A stretch of DNA of 64,000 nt from an uncultured Clostridia bacterium. Its GTDB lineage: Bacteria; Bacillota; Clostridia; TANB77; CAG-508. The stretch covers positions 1,062 through 65,061 of the forward strand of contig CAUWEX010000005.1 of assembly GCA_963557965.1 (NCBI GenBank), written 5' to 3'. Every line of letters starts with the position of its first letter. Position 1 is the first letter of the stretch. Both the position numbers and the translations under genes were made by a program. This document shows positions 11,871-22,348 of the stretch, in pieces. The notes beneath the pieces are model-generated. The model saw only the letters and a program-made list of their open reading frames with translations, searched no databases and was not told the origin of the DNA.

Positions 11871-12317
11871 ATGAAAGTAATATTAAAAGCAGATATAAAA
11901 GGAGTAGGAAAAAAAGACCAAGTAATAAATGCATCAGATGGATATGTAAGAAATTTCTTATTCCCCAAAAAATTAGCTGTAGAAGCTAATGCAGAAAATA
12001 TGAGTAAACTACAAGCTCAAGAAAATTCAAAAGCATATAAAAAAGGACAAGAAAAAGAAGAAGCAAAAAAAGTAGCAGAAAAGATTGCGGGAATTCAATT
12101 AAAAGTACCTGTAAAATCAGGAGAAAATGGAAAAATTTTTGGTGGAGTTTCAGCAAAAGAGATTGCAGATCTATTAAAAACAAATTATAAAATAGAAGTT
12201 GATAAAAAGAAAATTGACTTAAAAGAGACAATAAAAACGTTAGGACTAAGAACCATAGAAATAAAACTATATGAAGGTGTGGTTGCAAAATTAAAAGTAG
12301 ATGTTATTAGCAAATAA
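11871..12317 (+). CDS. rplI: 50S ribosomal protein L9
   Basis: MKVILKADIKGVGKK...DGYVRNFLFPK, GKIFGGV. Confidence 0.98.
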   Translation: MKVILKADIKGVGKKDQVINASDGYVRNFLFPKKLAVEANAENMSKLQAQENSKAYKKGQEKEEAKKVAEKIAGIQLKVPVKSGENGKIFGGVSAKEIADLLKTNYKIEVDKKKIDLKETIKTLGLRTIEIKLYEGVVAKLKVDVISK

Positions 12318-12395
12318 AAATGTTTTATTGATAGCAAGTTCAAAGTACAGGAGTGATGTTTTTGAACCTGCTTTTTAAAACTTAGGAGGATAAAA

Positions 12396-13730
12396 ATGGA
12401 GTTAGGAAAAGTACCACCACATGACATAGAAGCAGAACAAGCTATTATAGGTAGTATGTTAACTGATAGAGATGCAGTAATTTCTGCTGTTGAAGTATTA
12501 AAAGAAGAAGATTTTTACAGAGAAGACAACAAAGCCATATATGAGGCAATTCTAAATTTATACAATCGTTCAGAGCCAATAGATATTATAACTGTAAAAT
12601 CTGAATTAGAGAGCATGGGAAAATTTGATCAAGTTGGGGGATTGGAATATTTAGCGGAATTACCTGAAAAGGTACCAACAACAGCAAATGCCATGAAATA
12701 TGTAAAAATAGTTGAAGAAAAGTCAACATTAAGACAATTAATAAAAACTGCAAATGAAATTATAGAATTAGGATATAACCCAACAGAAGATGTAGAAGAC
12801 ATAATGGAAGGTGCTGAAAAGAAAATTTTCAACGTCATGCAAGATAAAAACCAAAAAGGGTATGAGCCAATTAAGGATGTTTTGGTAGAGTCTTTTACAA
12901 AATTAGAAGAACTATATAATAGAAAACAACATATTACAGGTGTGCCATCTGGATTTATAGGATTAGATTATAGAACTTCAGGATTTCATGGTTCAGAATT
13001 AATACTAATTGCAGCAAGACCTGCTATGGGAAAAACGGCATTTGCACTAAACATAGCAACAAATGCAGCAGTAAGAGCGAATGTACCAGTTGCAATATTT
13101 AGCTTGGAGATGTCAAAAGAACAATTAGTAAACAGGGTTTTATGCAGTGAAGCAATGGTTGATAGCAATAAAGTTAGAACAGGAAAGCTAGAAGAAGACG
13201 ACTGGACAAAATTAGCAGGAGCAATTGGTCCACTTTCAGAAGCGGAAATATATATTGATGATACCCCAGGTATAAATATTACTGAAATAAGGGCAAAATG
13301 TAGAAAGTTAAAATTAGAAAAGAACATTGGAATGGTGGTAATAGATTACTTACAATTAATTCAAGGTAGCGGAAAAAGAAATGGAAGTCGTGAACAAGAG
13401 ATTTCAGAGATAAGCCGTTCTTTAAAAATACTTGCAAAAGAACTTGATGTGCCTGTAATTGCTTTATCACAGCTATCAAGAGCTGCTGAACAAAGACCAG
13501 ACCATAGACCAATGCTTTCAGACTTAAGAGAATCTGGAGCGATAGAGCAAGATGCCGATATTGTTATGTTCTTATATAGAGATGACTATTATAATGAAGA
13601 TAGCGAAAAGAAAGGCATAGCCGAAGTTATACTTGCAAAACATAGAGGAGGTTCAACAGGAACCGAAGAATTGTTATGGTTAGGAAGCTATACAAAATTT
13701 GTTAATATAGAAAAACGTTTTGATGACTGA
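12396..13730 (+). CDS. dnaB: Replicative DNA helicase
   Basis: PPHDIEAEQ, ARPAMGKT, IDYLQL, SQLSR, LRESGAIEQDAD. Confidence 0.98.
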   Translation: MELGKVPPHDIEAEQAIIGSMLTDRDAVISAVEVLKEEDFYREDNKAIYEAILNLYNRSEPIDIITVKSELESMGKFDQVGGLEYLAELPEKVPTTANAMKYVKIVEEKSTLRQLIKTANEIIELGYNPTEDVEDIMEGAEKKIFNVMQDKNQKGYEPIKDVLVESFTKLEELYNRKQHITGVPSGFIGLDYRTSGFHGSELILIAARPAMGKTAFALNIATNAAVRANVPVAIFSLEMSKEQLVNRVLCSEAMVDSNKVRTGKLEEDDWTKLAGAIGPLSEAEIYIDDTPGINITEIRAKCRKLKLEKNIGMVVIDYLQLIQGSGKRNGSREQEISEISRSLKILAKELDVPVIALSQLSRAAEQRPDHRPMLSDLRESGAIEQDADIVMFLYRDDYYNEDSEKKGIAEVILAKHRGGSTGTEELLWLGSYTKFVNIEKRFDD

Positions 13731-13802
13731 GACGAGAGGAAGTAAGTTTCCTTTGTCTCAAATTTATTTATGAGAAAAAAAGACCCAGACCCAAAATTCT
13801 CA
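13728..13802. repeat. Two REP-like hairpins after the dnaB stop
   Basis: TGAGACGAGAGGAA...TTCCTTTGTCTCA and TGAGAA...GACCCAGACCCAAAATTCTCA. Confidence 0.5.
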
Positions 13803-13810
13803 AGAAAGAG

Positions 13811-14803
13811 ATGTTAAATATGAAAGAAAAAGTTTTAGAAACAATAAAAAAATTTAATTTGATAGAAAATAGAGATATTGTAGTTGCTGCTGTATCAGGA
13901 GGACCTGACTCTATTGCAATGTTAGATATTTTAATTAAACTTCAAGAAAAGATGAAGTTTAAAATTGTTGTAGCACATATTAATCATATGATTAGAGAAG
14001 AAGCAATATCAGATATGGAATTTGTTAAGCAATATTGTAAAAAATATGGTATTGATTTTTATTCTAAAAGTATAGATGTGCAAAAATTGGCTAATAATAA
14101 TAAAATAGGAACAGAAGAAGCCGGAAGATTAGTACGATATCAATTTTTTGATGAAATTTTAGAAAAGGTTGGAGGAAATAAAATTGCAATAGCACATAAT
14201 AAAAATGATAGAGCAGAAACAATTATAATGAATACTTTAAGAGGTAGCGGAATATCAGGATTAAAGGGAATTGAAGCTAAAAGAGAAAAATATATTAGAC
14301 CACTAATTGAATGTGAAAGGGCAGAAATTGAAAGCTATTGTAAAAGCAATGGAATAGATGCAAGGATAGATAAAACCAATTTAGATAATACATATACAAG
14401 AAATAAAATACGAAATGTTGTAATTCCGTATATAAAGAAAGAATTTAATCCTAATATAATAAATACTTTAGAAAGATTATCTGTGTTAGTTTGCGAAGAA
14501 GAAGAGTATATCGAAAAGCAAGTAGAAAAAATTTACAACGAAATTCTTATAGAAGAAAGCATTCCAAACGAAATAATCTTAAATCTAAAACTGTTTAATA
14601 ACCAAGAAAAAGTCATAAAATCAAGAGTTGTGTTATATACTATAACGAGACTTTTTAATTCAAGTAAAGGAATTGAAAAAGTTCATATAGATGATGTAAT
14701 AAAACTATGTGAAAAAAATATAGGTAATAAATATTTAACACCTAATAAAAAAATTAAAATATTAGTGAAAAATCATAAAATTTATTTTTTAAAGCAAGTA
14801 TAA
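13811..14803 (+). CDS. tilS: tRNA(Ile)-lysidine synthetase
   Basis: PP-loop SGGPDS, HINHMIR, AHNKND, IRPL, RNKIR. Confidence 0.96.
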   Translation: MLNMKEKVLETIKKFNLIENRDIVVAAVSGGPDSIAMLDILIKLQEKMKFKIVVAHINHMIREEAISDMEFVKQYCKKYGIDFYSKSIDVQKLANNNKIGTEEAGRLVRYQFFDEILEKVGGNKIAIAHNKNDRAETIIMNTLRGSGISGLKGIEAKREKYIRPLIECERAEIESYCKSNGIDARIDKTNLDNTYTRNKIRNVVIPYIKKEFNPNIINTLERLSVLVCEEEEYIEKQVEKIYNEILIEESIPNEIILNLKLFNNQEKVIKSRVVLYTITRLFNSSKGIEKVHIDDVIKLCEKNIGNKYLTPNKKIKILVKNHKIYFLKQV

Positions 14804-14935
14804 GTATCCGTAGATATAAGCTGAAAGTGGCTTTATATGTAATAAAAAAGACACAAAAAAATTATTTACAAAAAAAAATTAATATGTTATAAATCAATAT
14901 GATAAAAATAAGGGGAACAAGAGGAGGAAATTATT

Positions 14936-16741
14936 TTGAAAAATGGAATTAAAACATTAGCAATGTGGCTAATAATAGCTGTTATATTTTTAGTATTATT
15001 ATCAGCATTAGTAGAAAACAGCAATTCAAATTTAAAATATTCAGAGCTGATAGCTGATATAAACAGTGGAAAAGTAGAAAGTATTGAGCTAGATTCAAAT
15101 GCGAAAACAGCTACAGTTACGCTAAAAGATGACAAAATAAAAAAAGAAGTAAACATACCAAGTGTGGACAATTTTATGGCGTCAACAGAAGAATATTTAA
15201 AAGAAGGAGCATTTACATTAACTCAGAAATCAGAGTCAATTTTTATTGCAATTCTTAGTTTATTAACACCATTTGGTCTATTAATAATATTCTTTGTATT
15301 CTGGTTCTTAATGATGGGCGGAGCTGGAAATGGTAATGCAGGTGGAAAAACAATGACATTTGGAAAAAGCAAAGCTAAAATGATGACTCCAGCTGATAAA
15401 AACAGAATTACATTTGAAGATGTTGCTGGTGTTGATGAAGAAAAAGAAGAATTAGAAGAAATAGTAGAATTTTTAAAAAATCCTAAAAAATATACAGATA
15501 TGGGAGCAAGAATTCCTAAAGGAGTTCTACTTGTAGGGCAACCAGGAACAGGTAAAACATTACTTGCAAAAGCTGTTGCTGGAGAAGCAGGAGTACCATT
15601 CTTTATTATAAGTGGTTCAGACTTTGTTGAAATGTTTGTTGGTGTTGGAGCATCACGTGTAAGAGATTTGTTTGATCAAGCGAAAAAGAATTCACCATGT
15701 ATTATATTTATAGACGAAATTGACGCTGTAGGACGTCAAAGAGGTGCAGGACTTGGAGGAGGACACGATGAAAGAGAACAAACATTAAACCAACTATTAG
15801 TAGAAATGGATGGATTTGCTGCTAATGAAGGCGTAATAGTACTTGCAGCAACAAACAGACCAGACGTACTAGACAAAGCTTTACTTAGAGCAGGAAGATT
15901 TGATAGACAAATAGTTGTAGGAATGCCAGATGTTAAAGCAAGAGAACAAATATTAGAAGTTCACTCAAGAAAGAAAAGATTAGCAGATGATGTGGACTTA
16001 AAAACAATAGCTAAAAATACATCAGGATTTGCAGGAGCAGACCTTGAGAATGTATTAAATGAAGCAGCACTTTTAGCTGCAAGAAGAAATTTAAACGAAA
16101 TAAGTATGAGAGAAATCGAAGATGCTATGGTTAAAGTAACAATGGGACCTGAAAAGAAAACAAAAGTAAGAAGTGATAAAGAAAATAGATTAGTTGCATA
16201 TCATGAAGCTGGTCATGCAGTAGTAAGTCATTTCTTATCTACACAAGACCCAGTTCATCAAATATCAATAGTACCAAGAGGCATGGCTGGAGGATATACA
16301 ATGTATCGTCCAACAGAAGATAAATCATTTATGTCAAAAACAGAAATGGAAGAAAATATAGTATCACTATTAGGTGGTAGAGTAGCAGAAGCTCTTATAT
16401 TAAATGATATATCAACAGGAGCAAGTAATGACATTGAAAGAGCTACGAAAATTGCAAGGAGCATGGTTACACAATATGGTATGAGCGAAAGAATAGGAAC
16501 AATAACACTTGGTCAAGGTCAAGAAGAAGTATTTTTGGGTAGAGACCTAGCTCATGCAAAGGAATATTCAGAAGAAACAGCTGCAGTTATTGATGAAGAA
16601 ACAAAAAGAATTGTGGATACTGGATATAATAGAGCAAAACAAATTCTAACAGAAAATATTGATAAATTACATCAAGTTGCAGGAATATTACTAGAAAAAG
16701 AGAAAATCGAAGCTGACGAATTTGAAGAAATCTTTAGATGA
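14936..16741 (+). CDS. ftsH: ATP-dependent zinc metalloprotease FtsH
   Basis: Two TM segments, Walker [20 protein letters not shown] zinc motif. Confidence 0.98.
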   Translation: MKNGIKTLAMWLIIAVIFLVLLSALVENSNSNLKYSELIADINSGKVESIELDSNAKTATVTLKDDKIKKEVNIPSVDNFMASTEEYLKEGAFTLTQKSESIFIAILSLLTPFGLLIIFFVFWFLMMGGAGNGNAGGKTMTFGKSKAKMMTPADKNRITFEDVAGVDEEKEELEEIVEFLKNPKKYTDMGARIPKGVLLVGQPGTGKTLLAKAVAGEAGVPFFIISGSDFVEMFVGVGASRVRDLFDQAKKNSPCIIFIDEIDAVGRQRGAGLGGGHDEREQTLNQLLVEMDGFAANEGVIVLAATNRPDVLDKALLRAGRFDRQIVVGMPDVKAREQILEVHSRKKRLADDVDLKTIAKNTSGFAGADLENVLNEAALLAARRNLNEISMREIEDAMVKVTMGPEKKTKVRSDKENRLVAYHEAGHAVVSHFLSTQDPVHQISIVPRGMAGGYTMYRPTEDKSFMSKTEMEENIVSLLGGRVAEALILNDISTGASNDIERATKIARSMVTQYGMSERIGTITLGQGQEEVFLGRDLAHAKEYSEETAAVIDEETKRIVDTGYNRAKQILTENIDKLHQVAGILLEKEKIEADEFEEIFR

Positions 16742-16990
16742 TTTTGGGGTCGGAGGAAAAAATCATTTTCATTTTTAGATTATAGATATAAGCACGTAAA
16801 TATTATTTTTTAATACTTTGGTGTCGCAACCATACAAATTAATATTATGGTTAGTTGCTCCAATTCGCACTCGCGCTTGCCAGTGCTCGTTTGATCGCTT
16901 ACGCAGTATTAAAAATATAATATTTGCGTGCTTTAAATTTTATAAAGTATTTGGTTAAATGATTTTTTCCTCTGTCCCCAAAATCATCTA
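16735..16990. mobile_element. 256-bp MITE/REPIN-like element with nested inverted repeats
   Basis: Outer 34-bp IR (16735-16768 / 16957-16990, 32/34 match), inner ~28-bp IR (16790-16817 / 16905-16933), GC-rich hairpin core, no ORF. Confidence 0.7.
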
Positions 16991-17060
16991 TTGATATTTT
17001 ATATTTTTTAGTATAGAATATATAACAGATAAACAAAAACAAAAGAATTGAGGAATATAT

Positions 17061-17627
17061 ATGAAAAATTATTATGATTTATTAGAAGTAACACCTAAAG
17101 CTTCAAATGAAGTAATAGAAAAAGCATATAAAGTATTAATCAAACAATGCCACCCTGATTTATATGTAGGAGAGGAAAAAATATATGCAGAAGAAAGAAC
17201 AAGACAACTAAATGAAGCTTATCATGTACTATCAGATTCTTTTTTAAGAAGCCAATATGATATCGAATTAAAACGAGAGCAAGAATTAAAGAGAAGTATG
17301 AAGCAAAGAAATAATGGCGTGGAAAATAAATACAACAATGCAACCAATAATGTTAATCATAATAAATCAAGAAATATGAATAGACAATATGATGCTGAGC
17401 AACCACAACAAGTGAAAACGCATAAAGTAGGTTCTTTTATGGGGGTTGTAGATGTATTTAATGCTGTTTTCAAAAAAAGAAAAATCAGTTCAGGCGAGCC
17501 TAAAAAGTTAGTACGTGAGGATTGGATAGCAGGAATTTTAACCTTAGTAATTGTTGTAGTATTAGGAATAATACTATGGTTTGTACCAGCAACGAATGGG
17601 TTTATCAGAAGCTTGATTCCATTTTAA
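17061..17627 (+). CDS. J-domain (DnaJ-like) protein with C-terminal TM anchor
   Basis: NYYDLLEV...IEKAYK...HPD...LNEAYHVLSD; hydrophobic C-terminus. Confidence 0.88.
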   Translation: MKNYYDLLEVTPKASNEVIEKAYKVLIKQCHPDLYVGEEKIYAEERTRQLNEAYHVLSDSFLRSQYDIELKREQELKRSMKQRNNGVENKYNNATNNVNHNKSRNMNRQYDAEQPQQVKTHKVGSFMGVVDVFNAVFKKRKISSGEPKKLVREDWIAGILTLVIVVVLGIILWFVPATNGFIRSLIPF

Positions 17628-17647
17628 ACTTATTTAGAGTGTAAGTA

Positions 17648-17677
17648 TTGACAAATTGTGCTATTTTAGGTTATAAT
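17648..17677 (+). promoter_or_regulatory. sigma-A promoter of rpsU
   Basis: TTGACA-18-TATAAT. Confidence 0.75.
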
Positions 17678-17739
17678 GGATATCGTTATAAGGGTTATCC
17701 CACATACCGTTTTGTATGGACCGGAAGGAGGGGAAATAA

Positions 17740-17913
17740 ATGTCAGAGATAAAAGTTAATAATGGTAATATAGAAGATGCTTTAAAGAGATTTAAAAGAC
17801 AATGTGCACGTAATGGAGTACTTCAAGAAGTACGTAAAAGAGAACATTATGAAAAACCTAGCGTAAAAAGAAAGAAAAAATCAGAGGCAGCTAGAAAAAG
17901 AAAATTTAATTAG
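17740..17913 (+). CDS. rpsU: 30S ribosomal protein S21 (57 aa, missing from ORF track)
   Basis: Translated by hand: [57 protein letters not shown]; RBS AAGGAGG. Confidence 0.97.
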   Translation: MSEIKVNNGNIEDALKRFKRQCARNGVLQEVRKREHYEKPSVKRKKKSEAARKRKFN

Positions 17914-17921
17914 TAAACAAT

Positions 17922-17957
17922 AAAAAGGGGAATTAGTATTAAACTAATTTCCCTTTT
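17922..17957. terminator. Bidirectional terminator
   Basis: AAAAAGGGGAATTAGT...ACTAATTTCCCTTTT between convergent genes. Confidence 0.8.
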
Positions 17958-17974
17958 AACAGTTTATTTAAATA

Positions 17975-19051
17975 TTATTTAACATATTCATTTAAAGGTT
18001 TTACCTTGAAATTTAATTCTCCAAATTCGCAAGTTGGAACATATCCAGGTTTTGAATTTATAACATCAGGAATTCTATTTACAACTGACCCACAAGTTAG
18101 CTCAACAGTTGCAGGTTTAGCAACAACAATTGAAGTATTAGGTTCTCCGTAAACAGTCCATTCGTTTTTATCAAACTCATCAGGAGCATAGACTTTTCCA
18201 ATACATTCGCTTTCTATGGTAATTCCTTCTTCGGTTTCAGTAGTAACAACGGCACTCATACCAGTTGCATCTCCTGATTTTATAGTCATACCTAAAGTTG
18301 ATGAATATAAATCTTCTTTATATGTTTGAGGTACGCATTTTTGAGTTTGAGATTTAACAGTTAAACCTAATTTCTCACATAGCCAACCATTAACATTCCA
18401 CATGTACGAAGGTAAATAATTACCTGAATTAATGATTTTTTGTCTTTCCTCATCACTTATTTTATCTACAGAAGCAACCTCTTTATCAAAATTGTCCAAA
18501 GTAAGACCTGCACCATGAGCTTTGGCAAGTGCAATTCCATATTCTTCAACATTGTAACTTGAAGAACCTTTTATTTTTGTGATTTTTTGTGTTGAACCAG
18601 CAATAGAAGAAATTAATTGTCCCCAGTAAATATCTTGATATCCACTACCAGTAATAGTACAATTATTAGCTTTAGCTAGCTCATCTATTTTATCGGTTAA
18701 AGTAGGATTAGAATTGCTAGGATAAAATGCTTCTTCACATGTTGTAATAGCATTAATACCTAATTTAGCACATAGAAGCAAAGCATCTTCAACATCTTTT
18801 AATAAACTCATAGTTGTAACAATTGCAATATCAGGTTTTAATTGTTTTAGCATTTCTTCTGCTTCATTAGTAGATATAACTTTAACACCTTTCTTTCCAG
18901 TATTCAATATTTCTCCGATATCTTTTCCGATAACATCTGGATTTACATCAACTGCTCCTACTATTTCTGCACCTTTTTCATATACATATCTCATAGTATA
19001 TAAACTCATTTTGCCTACACCATATTGTACAACTTTAATTTTTCTATCCAT
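17975..19051 (-). CDS. NAD(P)-dependent amine/2,4-diaminopentanoate dehydrogenase-like (DapB_N Rossmann) protein
   Basis: VVQYGVGKM dinucleotide fold, ITTCEEAFYP, TITGSG, VNRIPDVINSKPG typical of the Ord/amine dehydrogenase family. Confidence 0.75.
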   Translation of the reverse strand: MDRKIKVVQYGVGKMSLYTMRYVYEKGAEIVGAVDVNPDVIGKDIGEILNTGKKGVKVISTNEAEEMLKQLKPDIAIVTTMSLLKDVEDALLLCAKLGINAITTCEEAFYPSNSNPTLTDKIDELAKANNCTITGSGYQDIYWGQLISSIAGSTQKITKIKGSSSYNVEEYGIALAKAHGAGLTLDNFDKEVASVDKISDEERQKIINSGNYLPSYMWNVNGWLCEKLGLTVKSQTQKCVPQTYKEDLYSSTLGMTIKSGDATGMSAVVTTETEEGITIESECIGKVYAPDEFDKNEWTVYGEPNTSIVVAKPATVELTCGSVVNRIPDVINSKPGYVPTCEFGELNFKVKPLNEYVK

Positions 19052-19244
19052 AGAAAACCTCCAATTCCGCCAATTTGGCTATATAAATTTTCATTTAGCT
19101 AGATATATTTTGATAGCCTCATTCTAACAATATTATTTCCAAATTTCAAGTTTTTATAAGTTTTATGTGATAGAATAAAGAAAAAAGTTAATAAAACTTA
19201 AATTATAGTGTATAATAGATAACAGTGAACGAGGAGGAATATTA

Positions 19245-20510
19245 ATGAATTATAAAAATGTAAAAATAAAAGAAGGCATTAGCATGCATATAATAAATAC
19301 TGATAAATTTAAAACAAATCTGATGGCTGTATTTTTAACAACAAAATTAACTAGAGAAAATGTAACTAAAAATGCCTTAATACCCATGGTATTAAGACAA
19401 GGAAGCGTTGGAATGAGAACTCAAGAAGAAATCAGCAAGCAAATGGAAGAATTATATGGAACAATTTTTGACAGTGGATTAGACAAAACAGGCGACAATC
19501 AGGTTATTAAGTTATATATGGAGACAATAAATGATAAGTATATACCAAAACCAAGTAATAAAATGATACAAACATTAGTTGAAAAGCTACTTGAAATATC
19601 TTTTAAGCCATATGTGGAAGATGGTGGATTTTCAGAAAAATATGTAGAGCAAGAAAAAAACACATTAAGAAAAATAATAGAATCTAAAATAGATAATAAA
19701 GCAAGATATGCTCAAGAAAAATGTATAGAAGAAATGTATAAAAATGAACCATTTGGATTATATAAATTTGGATATGTAGAAGATTTAGACAAAATAAATG
19801 CTAAAAATTTATACGAATATTATAAAGAATTATTAAACACATGTAAAATTGATATATTTTTATCAGGAGATGTAGATGAGAATGCAGAAAGCATTATATC
19901 GAATAATGGAAATATTGTAAAACTACAATCAAGGGAACCAAATTATAATGTTCCTATAATAGTTAAGAAAAATACAGAAGAAAAGATTGTAACTGAAAGT
20001 ATGGATATATCTCAAGGAAAGCTAGTTTTAGGTCTTGATATTGATATAAATAACAATGATGAGAAATATGAAGTATTAATGTTTAACACAATGCTTGGTG
20101 GTTCGGCAAATTCTAAATTATTTCAAAATGTACGCGAAAAGGCTCATTTAGCATATGTTGCATCATCAAACTATTATAGGTTTAAAAATAACATTATTAT
20201 AAATTGTGGAATTGAAATAGCAAACTTTGAAAAAACCTTAAAAATAGTTAAACAACAATTAGAAGATTTTAAAAATGGAAAATTTTCAGAAGAAGATTTA
20301 CAAGACTGTAAAAAAATAGTAGAAGAAACAGTAAATGCAATTGAAGATGAACAAGATACAGGTATAACTTACTGGTTTTCACAAGAATTGGCCGATACGC
20401 ATGTGGGCCTTAAGGAATATATTGAAAAAGTAAATAAAATAAATAAAAACGACATTATTAAAATAGCCAAAAAAGTAAAGGTAAATACAATATATTTTTT
20501 AAAAAACTAG
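19245..20510 (+). CDS. M16 family peptidase, non-catalytic subunit (YmfF-like)
   Basis: TDKFKT N-terminus, SKLFQNVREK, no HxxEH motif; paired with the downstream M16 gene. Confidence 0.88.
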   Translation: MNYKNVKIKEGISMHIINTDKFKTNLMAVFLTTKLTRENVTKNALIPMVLRQGSVGMRTQEEISKQMEELYGTIFDSGLDKTGDNQVIKLYMETINDKYIPKPSNKMIQTLVEKLLEISFKPYVEDGGFSEKYVEQEKNTLRKIIESKIDNKARYAQEKCIEEMYKNEPFGLYKFGYVEDLDKINAKNLYEYYKELLNTCKIDIFLSGDVDENAESIISNNGNIVKLQSREPNYNVPIIVKKNTEEKIVTESMDISQGKLVLGLDIDINNNDEKYEVLMFNTMLGGSANSKLFQNVREKAHLAYVASSNYYRFKNNIIINCGIEIANFEKTLKIVKQQLEDFKNGKFSEEDLQDCKKIVEETVNAIEDEQDTGITYWFSQELADTHVGLKEYIEKVNKINKNDIIKIAKKVKVNTIYFLKN

Positions 20511-20544
20511 ATTTAGCTAAAAATAAAGTTAAAGGAGAAACGTA

Positions 20545-21816
20545 ATGAAAATAATTGAAAACTCAAAAATTAGAGAAAAATTATGTATTGAAAAGCTGGA
20601 TAATGGGTTAACTGTAATTATTGTTCCAAAACCTGGTATACAAAAAAAGTACATGATATGGGGAACAAACTATGGTTCAAACGATAATAAATTTATTGTG
20701 CCGGGAGAAACTGAAATTACTGAAGTTCCAAATGGAGTAGCTCATTTTTTAGAACATAAGTTATTTGAACAAGAAAATGGGACTAATAGTTTAGACACAT
20801 TAACTGCTTTAGGAGTGAATGCAAATGCGTATACTACAAACGACCATACAGCATATTTATTTGAATGCATAAATAATTTTTACCCTGCAATGGATGAACT
20901 TATGGACTATGTTCAAAAGCCATATTTTACAGATGAAAATGTGGAAAAGGAAAAAGGTATTATAGGGCAAGAAATCAGAATGTATGATGATTCACCAGAA
21001 TGGTGTGTATATTTAAATGCCCTAAGAGCTATGTATGCTACTAATCCAGTTAAAATAGATATTACGGGAACAATTGAGTCAATAAATAAAATAGATAAGG
21101 ACATTTTATATAAATGCTATAAAACATTTTACCACCCATCTAATATGACAATGGTAATAGTAGGAGATTTCGAACCAGAAGATTTATTAAAAGAAGTAAA
21201 GAAAAGACTTATAAATAAAAATAACGAAAAAGCGATAGCAAGAATAACTGAAAAAGAAGAAGAAGGAATTGTAAGACCATATATAGAACAAAAACTAGAA
21301 GTGAGTTTGCCACTATACACAATAGGAATAAAGATGGATGCAGAAGATATACAGGAAAAAGTAAAAAGGGAAATTGGAATTGAAATTTTGCTGAATTTAA
21401 TATTGGGTAAAAGTTCAAAATGGTATAAAAAATTATATAGAGAAGGTATAATTTTTTCTGAACAAAACTTTGGATATGAATATGGTAGAAAATATGCACA
21501 TATTTTAATAAATGGGCAATCACCAGAACCTAAAATAGTATATCAAGAATTTGTAAATACAGTAAATCAACTAAAAGAACAGGGAATTAAGAGAGAAGAT
21601 TTTGAAAGAGTTAAAAAGAAAATCTATGGTGAATATATAAGAGAATATAATGATGTTGCAAGTATTGCTCGAATGGTTTTAACAGATTATTTAAGAGGAA
21701 TTTGTAGTTTTGACTATTTAGATAAAATAAATGAAGTAAAAGTAGAATATTTGTATGAATTGTTAGAAACTGTATTTAAAGAAGAGAAAATGGTACTTTC
21801 TATTGTGAAAAATTAA
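20545..21816 (+). CDS. M16 family zinc peptidase (YmfH-like)
   Basis: GVAHFLEHKLF (HxxEH), NAYT, EKEKGIIGQEI. Confidence 0.92.
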   Translation: MKIIENSKIREKLCIEKLDNGLTVIIVPKPGIQKKYMIWGTNYGSNDNKFIVPGETEITEVPNGVAHFLEHKLFEQENGTNSLDTLTALGVNANAYTTNDHTAYLFECINNFYPAMDELMDYVQKPYFTDENVEKEKGIIGQEIRMYDDSPEWCVYLNALRAMYATNPVKIDITGTIESINKIDKDILYKCYKTFYHPSNMTMVIVGDFEPEDLLKEVKKRLINKNNEKAIARITEKEEEGIVRPYIEQKLEVSLPLYTIGIKMDAEDIQEKVKREIGIEILLNLILGKSSKWYKKLYREGIIFSEQNFGYEYGRKYAHILINGQSPEPKIVYQEFVNTVNQLKEQGIKREDFERVKKKIYGEYIREYNDVASIARMVLTDYLRGICSFDYLDKINEVKVEYLYELLETVFKEEKMVLSIVKN

Positions 21817-21908
21817 AAGAAAATGTATAAAAAAGTAAAAATAAAAAATGTAGTAAAAACGGTATTTATAAAATAAAAAAAATGATACCGTTTTTTGCTG
21901 TCTAAAAA

Positions 21909-21933
21909 TGTCGAAAAATGAGATAATTCGTCA
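21909..21933. promoter_or_regulatory. Two Spo0A boxes upstream of the Spo0E-like gene
   Basis: TGTCGAA at 21909-21915 and TTCGTCA (reverse complement TGACGAA) at 21927-21933 match TGNCGAA. Confidence 0.5.
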
Positions 21934-22037
21934 TACGAAAGTTGCTTAAAACCCTTGAAAATACTTGACTTATAAAAAACGATATGTTAATTTATAAATA
22001 TACAAAAGAAAAGAAAAAAGAAAAAGGAGAGATTAGT

Positions 22038-22172
22038 ATGTTAAATGATGAAATTTGTAAACTAAGAGATAAATTAAACAAAAGTATAGAACAGGGAGAA
22101 GAATATAATGTTATTTACAAAATCAGCATAGAACTTGACGAACTTATTGCGCAATATTACAAAGACTGTTAA
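22038..22172 (+). CDS. Spo0E-family aspartyl-phosphate phosphatase (44 aa)
   Basis: MLNDEICKLRDKLNK...KISIELDELIAQYY carries an SQELD-like motif. ATG 22038 follows AAAGGAG. Confidence 0.85.
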   Translation: MLNDEICKLRDKLNKSIEQGEEYNVIYKISIELDELIAQYYKDC

Positions 22173-22348
22173 TGCATATTATGTGTTAATGGTCTTTTTT
22201 ATGTGAATAGTAATGTTATTATATTTAAAAAACAAATTATAATATATGTATTACTTGAAAAGTAGAATAATATATATTATAATAACAAAATAGAAAAGCA
22301 TTATCTATAATTAGATTTCGCTTATGTAAAAATAAAGGTTGTGACAAT

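Noticed and set aside
14804-14935. Missing hpt between tilS and ftsH
   Set aside because: A common variation in gene order, not evidence of a novel system.
22173-22348. Possible lysine riboswitch ahead of aspartokinase
   Set aside because: Extremely AT-rich, with no AGAGG core, no long stems and no terminator.
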